DNA from: Tubiluchus corallicola
Taxonomy: Eukaryota; Animalia; Priapulida
Direction of reading: 5' to 3'
NCBI GenBank assembly: GCA_030141605.1
Contig: JAQGDQ010000374.1
Span: 1-59,043 of the forward strand
DNA length: 59,043 bases
The notes under the pieces are model-generated. The model searched no databases. It was not told where the DNA came from and was given only the letters and a program-made list of their open reading frames with translations. A program made the translations under genes and the position numbers. The stretch's first letter is position 1; each line of letters starts with the position of its first letter. Positions 38,235 through 47,645 of this stretch are shown here, one piece after another.

Positions 38235-40190
38235 ATGGAAGACAGAGTTTTTTATTTTAAATGTATGTCATGTTCTGAGTGTTTTCTTTCCGAAGAATCT
38301 TTTTCTGCTCATACCAGAAGATGGCATTGCAAGATACTGGTCTGTGAAGGGCAGAATCCTAATGAAAGCAATGGGATCTTGTATGTTGGTAGCTGGTCAC
38401 TTGACAGTGACACTAAAAGTCTTGAAACTCCCAATGATTTTGCAAGTCGTTGGAAAAAACAAGAAGTCGAAATAAACGAAAGCAGTTCTGCAAGCCAAAC
38501 TGACCCTAAACAAGGTGGTGATGAAACTCCAGAAAATAAAACGGTGAAAGTAGAATCATCAGTGGAAAATGAGCAAAGCATGGAGGAATCCATTCCTCTT
38601 CTACTCGAAGTGGAAACTTATGAAGAAGGCATTGACAAGAGTGCACATGAAACTAAACCACGCTGTACTAATGTTGCAAGCGTCAAAAGTAATTCAGTGA
38701 TGGAGATTGTGGCAGTAACCCTTGCTGATCATGACCAAGCATTTGCTACAACAAATGTGACAGATGCCACTAACAATGACCAGAATGACTATTATTATAA
38801 GTACCGGCAGTCCCAAAATGCACAAAATGTGAAGAGATTTTTAGAAACTGGCACAAGTGAAAAATCTTTTCAGTGTTCTTGGTGTAAATGGCATTTTAGT
38901 AACACTGATGCTTTATCTGAGCATAAAAAGGTTTGTCAAAAGTGTAAACCACATTTAAGAAGTGACTTGCATGTGAATGAGGTAAGTTCCGTTACTATTG
39001 CGAATTCAAAGCCAGAGGACTCTCCGGTGGTCATTGCTGCGTATGATCGGAAACTTTATAGCTGCAGTTTGTGTCATTATCGCTCGAGGATAAGGTATAA
39101 CGTTGTAAGACACCTAAGAACACATACAGGTGAGAAACCTTTCCAGTGTCCTCATTGCGAAAGGTGTTTTGGTGACATCAGCGCTTTAGCTAAACACAAA
39201 AAAATATGCCCAAAATTGTTATCAAAAAGAGATGAAAGAAATGATATTGGAAAAGAAGTGAAAGATGTTACTATGCACGCTGCTGCTAAATTAAAACTTC
39301 CTACTCTTCTTAGAAAAAAGATTTATAAATGTGCTCTCTGTGCCTATCGTTCAAGTATTTTGGGCAATACAAAAAGGCATTTAAGGATACATACAGGGGA
39401 GAAACCATTTCTGTGTCGCCATTGTGGAAAGCAATACAGAGACGTCAGTACCATATCTCAACATGAACTAATATGTGGAACATCTTCGCCAAAAGGTGTT
39501 TCACAAGTCGAGCATGAAGCCGATCAAGAAGTGAGTGACGTAGAAGCTGGAATTATTGCAGCTACCACAGCTGTTAGGAAAGTGTTCAAGTGTGCTTCAT
39601 GTTCGTATCAGTCCGTACTTAAAGGTAATGTAAAAAGGCATGCGATACTTCATACTGGCAAAAAACCATTTCAATGTTTGCGGTGCGACCGACGTTTTAG
39701 TGATGTCAGTACGTTAGCCAAGCATAAGAAGGTATGTGGAAAGTCTGCTGTAAGAAGAGGTGTTGTCAAGAGAAAATCTGCTGTGAAAACTGACTGGAAC
39801 AAATGTGAAACTGGGTCAACAAACTCGGCGGGTAAAACTGAAAAACCATTATATGATTGCGCTTTGTGTTCTTACGAATCATCTATCCAGAGTAATGTTA
39901 AACGTCATTCAAGAAAACATACAGGAGAAAAACATTTTTCCTGTCTGCGCTGCAACACTCTCTTCAGAGATGCCACTACATTAACCAGACATAAGAAATC
40001 GTGTGGACGAACTAGGAGACAAAGAGCTTTAAAGAGACGGCGTAAACCATGTGATAGTAGAGTGAAATTGTCCGAATCTGAAATGGAGGTTGCCACAACA
40101 GCCGAAGTACCAACAATCGTTGCTAATGACACGAGACATGCAGATACAACATGTCTTTTTATTACTGAAAGCTCAAACGTAGATTCATGA
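38235..40190 (+). CDS. Zinc-finger protein ZF-B (651 aa): shared N-terminal finger, one half-degenerate doublet and four C2H2-C2HC doublets
   Basis: Acceptor tttcttgcag ends at 38189, 45 nt before the ATG as in ZF-A; HTGEKPF linkers; intact ORF. Confidence 0.9.
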   Translation: MEDRVFYFKCMSCSECFLSEESFSAHTRRWHCKILVCEGQNPNESNGILYVGSWSLDSDTKSLETPNDFASRWKKQEVEINESSSASQTDPKQGGDETPENKTVKVESSVENEQSMEESIPLLLEVETYEEGIDKSAHETKPRCTNVASVKSNSVMEIVAVTLADHDQAFATTNVTDATNNDQNDYYYKYRQSQNAQNVKRFLETGTSEKSFQCSWCKWHFSNTDALSEHKKVCQKCKPHLRSDLHVNEVSSVTIANSKPEDSPVVIAAYDRKLYSCSLCHYRSRIRYNVVRHLRTHTGEKPFQCPHCERCFGDISALAKHKKICPKLLSKRDERNDIGKEVKDVTMHAAAKLKLPTLLRKKIYKCALCAYRSSILGNTKRHLRIHTGEKPFLCRHCGKQYRDVSTISQHELICGTSSPKGVSQVEHEADQEVSDVEAGIIAATTAVRKVFKCASCSYQSVLKGNVKRHAILHTGKKPFQCLRCDRRFSDVSTLAKHKKVCGKSAVRRGVVKRKSAVKTDWNKCETGSTNSAGKTEKPLYDCALCSYESSIQSNVKRHSRKHTGEKHFSCLRCNTLFRDATTLTRHKKSCGRTRRQRALKRRRKPCDSRVKLSESEMEVATTAEVPTIVANDTRHADTTCLFITESSNVDS

Positions 40191-40269
40191 TTTTTTTTAC
40201 CTTTCACCCAGTCATTGCGTATCTTTGCCAGTAAGTTACTGCTGTTTGCCACTCCAAGTTCTTTAATGT

Positions 40270-40516
40270 AAAATGTGGCATTTGTGTCCTGCGAAATCTG
40301 CATTTTTTATGATGCTTAAACTTACTTGGCTGTATGGATGTGATTTGTAGCTACAATAGATATCCTAGAAAATATACTGCTGTACATTCTCAAAATGTGG
40401 CATTTGTGTCCTGCGAAATCTGCATTTTTTATGATGCTTAAATTTACTTGGCTGTATGGATGTGATTTGTAGCTACAATAGATATCCTAGAAAATATACT
40501 GCTGTACATTCTCAAA
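40270..40516. repeat. 122-bp tandem duplication 3' of ZF-B
   Basis: aaaatgtggcatttgtgtcc...ctgtacattctc repeated at 40270 and 40392, near-identical. Confidence 0.92.
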
Positions 40517-40749
40517 TAGGAAATTATTACATTTAAATTATAACCACTAATTAGTTTTTAAACTTTATGTTGAATTATTCTTCGCATATTGTTGATGCTT
40601 TCTTCTGTGATTTTTGCACACACTTAACTGCTTTGTTTGAAAAATCTCATTGCAATGATACTAACAGTAGATATCTAAGTATCTAGAACAGGTTTCTAAT
40701 TATTGTAACTGAGCCATCTTGCAACATATCGCTAAGCTTTAATGATTGT

Positions 40750-40956
40750 TAGCCACATTAAACTGGTGGTCAAGTATTCTCATTCACGTGCTTTGCGTGA
40801 GTGTCTTGTGACCACCTGGATTCGATGCTTGCTTTGAACAGTTTTAGCCTCTACACTGTCCCTGGTTGTTTACCTCCTGCAGAGGAAGATTGTACTTGCA
40901 TACGCCATTACCCATTCAGTCTCTCGTCTTAGTCTGATGATCATCATCATGATAAT
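40750..40956 (+). mobile_element. Possible degenerate tRNA-derived SINE
   Basis: A-box-like tggtggtcaag, B-box-like ggattcgatgc, short (cat)n tail. Confidence 0.3.
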
Positions 40957-41015
40957 GAGCTCAACTCTTGTGATGGGACAAACATTGCATCGAGTAGACA
41001 CTGCCATTGAATACT

Positions 41016-41121
41016 GGGCCCCGTTTCATAAAGCTGTTAGTAAGTTAACAACATCGTGATTACACTCAGTCAACTGATACATGTAATGACGATGTCGTTA
41101 ACTTTGTGAAGGTGGTCCCCC
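41016..41121. mobile_element. Short foldback MITE, Harbinger/PIF-like
   Basis: Outer IR gggccccgtttcataaag / ctttgtgaaggtggtcccc; inner IR gttaacaacatcgtgattaca / tgtaatgacgatgtcgttaac. Confidence 0.6.
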
Positions 41122-41814
41122 GGACTTTGGGTATCAGTGTATTAAAGCGCATAGTGAAAAAGTGAAACGTCAGATGACAATAATTTGAATTTAGTTTTTT
41201 AGTGAGTTTCTACATTTTTCCAAAACTTGTTGCGTATTATTGTATGTGAAGAATTGCAAAACTATAATTGTATATATGTTTTGTTGAAATAGTTTTAGTC
41301 GCCTACATTTAAGTTCATTTGATAAATCTAAGTGCATGACTGTTATTTTGTAAAAAAAGAAAACGGCTGATTTTTTTTGTTTTTAGTATTCATTATAACT
41401 ATTCTATATTACTGTATCTAATTAATCAGCTTAGTACTAATCTAAACTAGTAAACGTTAATAAAATGGACTCTAAATACTTTGTAGTTATTTGTAAAAGT
41501 AGTTATTTGTACAAAGTACTGCTACCAAATTAGTTTTACTATTCTGTAAAATGCTGTAAAAAACAAGGAACTTTTGAAAATGCATTTTGGAAATAGCAAA
41601 ACTTTGCTAACAATTTCAAATAAATTTGCATTAGGAAATACATTTTGAAGTAATTCAGTTTCTGTTCAGTTTGGTGTGTGTAGTTGAACAATCTGAAATT
41701 TAATGAACTAATTAAACCATTAGCTGTACGATGCTTATTGTTTATCCTTTGCCTTTGCATGCTCAAAGCTCGAGATTTTTTTAGGCAGTTGACACTGACA
41801 GGTTGTAAAATTGT

Positions 41815-42211
41815 TGTATTATTGACAAGAGGTTCTTTATGTGCAACCTATGTCACTATCAGTTTGAGCAGAAATTCAATTTGGAGAAGCATCTTAGGAA
41901 ACATACCGGAGAGAAACTTTTTCATTGCCCTCAGTGTGGAAAGAGTTACAGTGATAACAGCAACTTAATTAAGCATAAAATGATATGCCTTGCATGTGGA
42001 AACGTACAGGAGAGAAACTTTTTCATTGCCCTCAGTGTGGAGAGAGTTACAGCAACTTACTTAAGCATAAAATAATATGCCTTGCATGTGAAAACGTACG
42101 GGAGTGAAATCTTTTCTTTGTTCTTAGTGTGGCAGAAGTTTCAGTGATAACAGCTTACTTAATCATAAAAAATCTGCATTGAATGTGCAATTTGACTTTT
42201 CTGGAAACTGA
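41815..42211 (+). pseudogene. Partial zinc-finger pseudogene: copy of the ZF-C 3' end with the second finger triplicated
   Basis: DKRFFMCNLCHYQFEQKFNLEKHLRKHTGEKLFHCPQCGKSYSDNSNLIKHKMICLA is nearly identical to ZF-C; frameshifted repeats follow; ends ctggaaactga like ZF-C; no N-terminal module. Confidence 0.8.
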
Positions 42212-42588
42212 CACATGCCAGTAGCTGCCGTGGGGCAAGCTACTTTAGATATTCTTTCTATATTTTGAGAATCTCATAAATGTCACCACTTACCAGTAAT
42301 AATAGCTTAGAATCACTCAATTTTCTCCTATTCTGTCCCTTCAGTTTCTCTGTTTTGCTTACCGTCGTTATCCTTTGAACGACTCTTAAGTTATTTTCTC
42401 TTTTATATTTTTGAATTACGACTTTTACGTATTACTGTAGTATAGTCATTACCCATTATACTATTCTGCTTTCCCATATAATCATATATCTGTAAAGTGT
42501 TACAGGGAAAAAAGTCTGAAATACTTTTTAACGAGTTTGCAGTTTTCTAGACCTCAAAGGGCTTTTAATCATTATGAAGAATAAATGT

Positions 42589-42982
42589 TAGGGGTGAGCA
42601 TTCTCTATCAGAAAGCGAATTCGAATCGGACTGAATTTGTGACTTTCGAATTCAAATGGAACCGAACTTCAGTGTTTCAAATTCGAACCGAATTCGAATT
42701 GAGATTGAACGATTTTCGAACCACCAGTAAAAATTAGTCTTACAAAGATCATGCATATCACTAGATTTTGTTCTGCAATAAAACGACTAGTAATTTGCTT
42801 AAAGTTGTGCGCAGATATAACAACTAAATTATGTTAATTGCATGATGTTTCAATCGTTTTAATGATCAGGAACATATGTGATTGAAGTGCTGAATTATTC
42901 GAATCTACAGTTTTGGATTCGAATCGAATTCGAACTAAAAAACTCGTTCGAATCGAATTCGAGCGTTCGATGCTCACCCCTA
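42589..42982. mobile_element. hAT-type TTCGAA-rich MITE, copy 2 (inverted relative to 8717-9113)
   Basis: TIR taggggtgagcat / atgctcaccccta; perfect 8-bp TSD ataaatgt. Confidence 0.9.
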
Positions 42983-43874
42983 ATAAATGTGTTTCTAGCT
43001 CAGTTCTGATGTGTATTTACGTCCTTTGTAATGGATTCTGATAGAAATGGGTAGCTGACTAAATTACATGTATATTTCTTGGAGAGGTGGAAGAAATGTG
43101 TCGCTCATATGCATGCCAGTTTGTTGATGTAGCTTTCAATGTTTCCCGAACAGAGGCATTCAAGCAACTGTATTCAAGTTTCTTCTTGTAAACAAGGGCA
43201 TTTTCTGTTTATTAATGCAAAATCCTCTCATTTACAAAATTAATAGCTGCCAAAAATTTTACAATAAAGTGTGATGGACATTAGTATTAGAATAATTTTG
43301 TTACTAGTGTAATAGTTATATTTTGAGAGCTTGGCAAATTTGTTTCTAAATAGTCGTTTATTGAGAGTTTAAACCAAACATACCTATTTAAGGTTAATGA
43401 TGTTAATTACCATTCTCCAGATCCATGAACTAAAGGTCAATATTTGTAAATTTTATTCATTTACTACAGTTATTGCATATTGTATCGTCCATCATTTTGA
43501 CATATATGTGTACCTGTGCTTCACTTCTGAAATGTGTTTGAATATGCTTAGATTATATTTGGATGAAGGTTGCACATTTCAGTGCTATTCAAACAAATCT
43601 GATCTTGTTTTAGTTTCCATATCCAACTGTGGCAACCCTGTCAATGTACAACCATTGTCTTCGGTTTTATTTTAGCTAACTAATTCTGACGAAATACGTA
43701 GTTTAACAAAGGTAATGTAATTATGCCACGATTCTACAGTGATCTTCGCACAAAGTTCTTGTGTGCATCTGGCTAGAAGAGCCTTTAATGTTCCATGTCT
43801 TCTAAGCTGCATCGTAATTTATTTGTTACAGGTCTCAAGCTGTTTTACTTGTGAATGAAAGCCAGCATTTTGAA

Positions 43875-44831
43875 ATGGAAGACATAGTGTACTACTTCAA
43901 ATGCACATCGTGTTCTGAATGCTTCCTGTCTGAGGACATATTTTTTGCACATACTCGAACATGGCACTGCAAGGTCTTAGTTTGTGAAGGGCATAATCCT
44001 GCTGGCGACCCTGCTGATGATGTCTCAGGTTCTGAGACTGTCACGCTTGGTGCAGGTAATTTTCAGGCACCATATCTACCAAAGGATAACCTCGTAAAAC
44101 AAGAAGAAGAATTTGAAGGACTCCCAAAGCGGGACGAAATTTCTATAGAAGCCATATTTGGTGAAGGTAACGAAGGTGATAGATATCCAGCACAGAATAA
44201 TCTCATGAAACAAGAAAAACATTTTGAAGCACTCCCAGAGCAGCACAAAGATTCCATAAGTACCACGTTTGGCGACAGTGACATAAGTGACAGTACATTG
44301 GGTTATGATGATGATGTTTGCATAATTCCAGTGGCTTCAAATTCATGTAATCCTTTTAGTTTTGGCATGCCAAGGGTTACTGGCAGTGATTTTACATTTG
44401 ATTCTGGAGGAAGATTAGGCAATGTTGGCCCAGCAGTGCCAGAACCACCAGGAAAATTGATGCAATGGGGATGGCCAGAAGGTGGTGCTGGTGTTGCTGC
44501 CTCAGGTGGCAGAAGACCAACACCAAAGAAAAGTTCAACACATAAAAGCAAGCCTAGAGGTCCAAGAACTAAACTAGCCAATGTGACTGAAGCTGTTAAA
44601 CCTGGAGAGACACCAATGATGACCATTAGTGATAAGAGGCTTTATAAGTGCAACCTGTGTCACTATCATTCTGAACAGAGGGCCAATTTGGAGAAGCATC
44701 TTAGGAAACATACCGGAGAAAAACCTTTTCATTGTCCTCAGTGTGGAAAGAGTTACAGTGACAACAGCAACTTAATTAAGCATAGAAAGATATGCCTTGC
44801 CCACCACGCATTAACATTTACTGGAAACTGA
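43875..44831 (+). CDS. Zinc-finger protein ZF-C (318 aa): shared N-terminal finger, acidic and Gly/Pro-rich linker, one C2H2-C2HC doublet
   Basis: Acceptor ttgttacag ends at 43831; ATG at 43875 (GAAATGGAAGAC); the frame is open back to the acceptor. Confidence 0.88.
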   Translation: MEDIVYYFKCTSCSECFLSEDIFFAHTRTWHCKVLVCEGHNPAGDPADDVSGSETVTLGAGNFQAPYLPKDNLVKQEEEFEGLPKRDEISIEAIFGEGNEGDRYPAQNNLMKQEKHFEALPEQHKDSISTTFGDSDISDSTLGYDDDVCIIPVASNSCNPFSFGMPRVTGSDFTFDSGGRLGNVGPAVPEPPGKLMQWGWPEGGAGVAASGGRRPTPKKSSTHKSKPRGPRTKLANVTEAVKPGETPMMTISDKRLYKCNLCHYHSEQRANLEKHLRKHTGEKPFHCPQCGKSYSDNSNLIKHRKICLAHHALTFTGN

Positions 44832-45685
44832 CCCACACCATTTTGCATTAGGAGAATCTGGTAACTGTTACAACAACGATTGGTTGGGATTATAACATTA
44901 TTTTTAGTCTGCTGACACTATTCTATCACTTTGATTTGCCAAAGTTTACTGTTTGACAAACGATTCTATCTTTGTGTTAAAACCAATTAGCATTCTAAGT
45001 TTTTAAAATTGCAAGTATTACTTATTGACATACCTAATTTATGGGCTGGTCATACTTGTTTTTCTCTTATTATTTGTGATTTTTTTAACATTATATTAAA
45101 AATGTATCTCCACAGACTTTTTATGTTCATCCCCACTTTTGTCAGTCATCACATTTAAAAAATTCATTTCAGTTTATGGCTTCTAGTATCTATCCGAGGT
45201 TACATTCTTTGTACATAAAAACTTTTCTGTTTGTATTGACTAGGTAATTAATATATTTTATCTATTTAACTGTGTCTCAGTAGACTAGCTAACTGTTAAA
45301 TTTGCTGTTGTCTGGTTCTCTTCCGTTTTTGTAAACACTAGGAACAAGATAAATTGAAACCTGTTTTTTGCTGTCTGTTTTCGCTGTTTACGTATATGCT
45401 GTACAACCAACTCACTTTCCCGAGTGACATGTATATAATATATGTACATACATTGCATACAACACATGTATAAAGTATATCCTCCATAACTACACATGGA
45501 CGATATTTTGACACATTGCATAATAAAAAAAATGATTAGTGAGCTGACTTGTGATGTGTTTGCATAATTCTCACGATTACTTTTCATTTTATCTAAATGA
45601 GGAAGACGCTTCATTGTGTAGATGACTAGCTAAGTTAGGGCTGTTTGTTCGTTACAGATTCATATTCAGTTTATGTTTGAATGAG

Positions 45686-46585
45686 ATGGAAGAGATACTA
45701 TACTACTTCAAATGCACATCCTGTTCAGAATGTTTCCTTTCTGAGGAGATATTTTTTGCGCACGCCAGAACATGGCATTGCAAGATATTGGTGTGCGAAG
45801 GGCAAAATCCGATAGGAGACAATGTTCGAAAAAACGTGAACAGCACACATGCAGGTAAAACTTTGTTTGACATTTCTGGTGAAGGGTTTTATGACGATAT
45901 TGCTGTGAAACAAGAAGATATTACACCTGAAGATCTGGAAAAGCCTAAACTTAATCAGTACTCTAATGAGAAAGACGGTGTACATGTCAGTGACGATGAT
46001 GATGAGAGTGAAGACCTGTGTACAATAGTGATGGATAGTATGTACTCGTCTGCTAAAGATTATTTACCTTCAGCTGATGTATCATCGCTTGGGTATATGT
46101 CAAGCAATTTGAATGTAGTCCTCAGTGGAATGGACATAAAAACTGAATGCGGTACATTGGCTGATACTAAAGTAATGCCATGCACAGCATCACGAAAACC
46201 TGTTGCTAATAACAGCAGTTATCAAAGGAACTTGCCAGTGTTTGAGACAGGTGCCTCGGCTGCATGTAATTTGCCAAGAAAGACACAGAAAAGCAGGACT
46301 AGCCGAGTACGTAAGTCTGGTGAGCAAAAAATGAGTGATTTCGCTGCTGCTGGAAAAGAGCCAACAATAACTGTAAGTGATAAGAGACTGTTTAAATGCA
46401 GTTTGTGTTTTTACCGCTCAGAATCGATGTCTAATGTAAGAAGACACATCCGAAAACATACAGGCGAGAAACCATTTCAGTGTCCACAGTGTAGAAAGTG
46501 CTTCAGTGACAATGGAAACTTACTCAAACATGTACGGAAATATTGTAAACTGAACGAAAAGCATTTCAATGACAATGCAAACTGA
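45686..46585 (+). CDS. Zinc-finger protein ZF-D (299 aa): shared N-terminal finger, acidic linker, one C2H2-C2HC doublet
   Basis: Acceptor tcgttacag ends at 45657; ATG at 45686 (GAGATGGAAGAG); the frame is open back to the acceptor. Confidence 0.88.
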   Translation: MEEILYYFKCTSCSECFLSEEIFFAHARTWHCKILVCEGQNPIGDNVRKNVNSTHAGKTLFDISGEGFYDDIAVKQEDITPEDLEKPKLNQYSNEKDGVHVSDDDDESEDLCTIVMDSMYSSAKDYLPSADVSSLGYMSSNLNVVLSGMDIKTECGTLADTKVMPCTASRKPVANNSSYQRNLPVFETGASAACNLPRKTQKSRTSRVRKSGEQKMSDFAAAGKEPTITVSDKRLFKCSLCFYRSESMSNVRRHIRKHTGEKPFQCPQCRKCFSDNGNLLKHVRKYCKLNEKHFNDNAN

Positions 46586-47411
46586 TTCAAATTCACATTA
46601 AAGTGTTCACTATAATTGAGGAAATATTTGAGCAACACTTGGAACATATACAGCTGCTGCTGAACTGTGCATGGAAACATTTGTAAATTTAATGTAGCCA
46701 TCCTGTGGAAAGCAATTTGGCAGCAACATAAATTTATTCAAGCAATTCGTGGAAAATGTCCTTTTGTAAATGTGTAGTCAAAGGCACATATGCTTGTCAT
46801 CTCCATAATGCAAGATGCATATTTTCTTTCACTAAAGCGGAGTGGCACTAATTGTCTAATGTTTATTTGATAGAATCTTAGTTTCTCTCGTGTTTTAAGT
46901 CTTTCCGCCATATCTTAAAATTTGAATATACAAAAAAGTGAGTCCATTTGTCTTTTGTCATGTATGACAATGTAGCTCGCTTGTTACTCATAATTTTGTG
47001 AGGTAAATTAAATGCGCCAGTGTTTCAGAGGAATGTGCCATTAAGGAATCATCCCGTTTGAGATTATTATTACTTAGTGTACTTTGAATACTAAACTTTT
47101 ATGTTAATGTAAATATATGTGCTTATTTACTTACACTTTTTGTTCTACACTGACTAATGTGTTTGTTGTTGCATATGAAAAGTGACAAAACAACTGTAAT
47201 TGTCACTGCATTGCAAGCAGGATTGATGCTAGGCTTACGGGGATAATTAGTTTGGCAATTTCATTTTTTCGCCGCTTGAACTGTTTTTACTTTCAGCAAT
47301 GACTTTAGTTAATAGTTTTGCTCATGATACGTCTTTAGAGATGATTTTACCTGTAAAGACCTCCTATACTCAACTGCATTGATCCCTTGAGGTTCTTCAA
47401 GCTTCCTGGGT

Positions 47412-47527
47412 GGTCTTTTAAGTGCAAAAACCCAGAAAAAAGGCTCTCTCTATATATACATATAAACACTCTTATAACATATATATATATACAGCCCTTT
47501 ATACTGGGTTTTTGCAATTAAAAGACC
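47412..47527. repeat. Imperfect inverted repeat (hairpin)
   Basis: ggtcttttaagtgcaaaaacccagaaaaaaggct ... agccctttatactgggtttttgcaattaaaagacc around a TA-rich centre. Confidence 0.8.
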
Positions 47528-47543
47528 GCCGAATTAAAAGACT

Positions 47544-47645
47544 ACCTTATATACCAAGATTTTTATATAGGAAAAACGTTACAAAAAATCGGGACCGGTG
47601 TTGATGGTCCTTTATAAGCGAGTACCTTATACTCGAGGTTCACTG
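47544..47645. mobile_element. Tc1/pogo MITE terminal fragment, same family as 4290-4777
   Basis: ataggaaaaacgttac..aaaaatcgggacc..tgttg.tggtcc.ttataagcgagtacctt...gaggtt.actg|ta is shared with 4700-4777. Confidence 0.75.
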
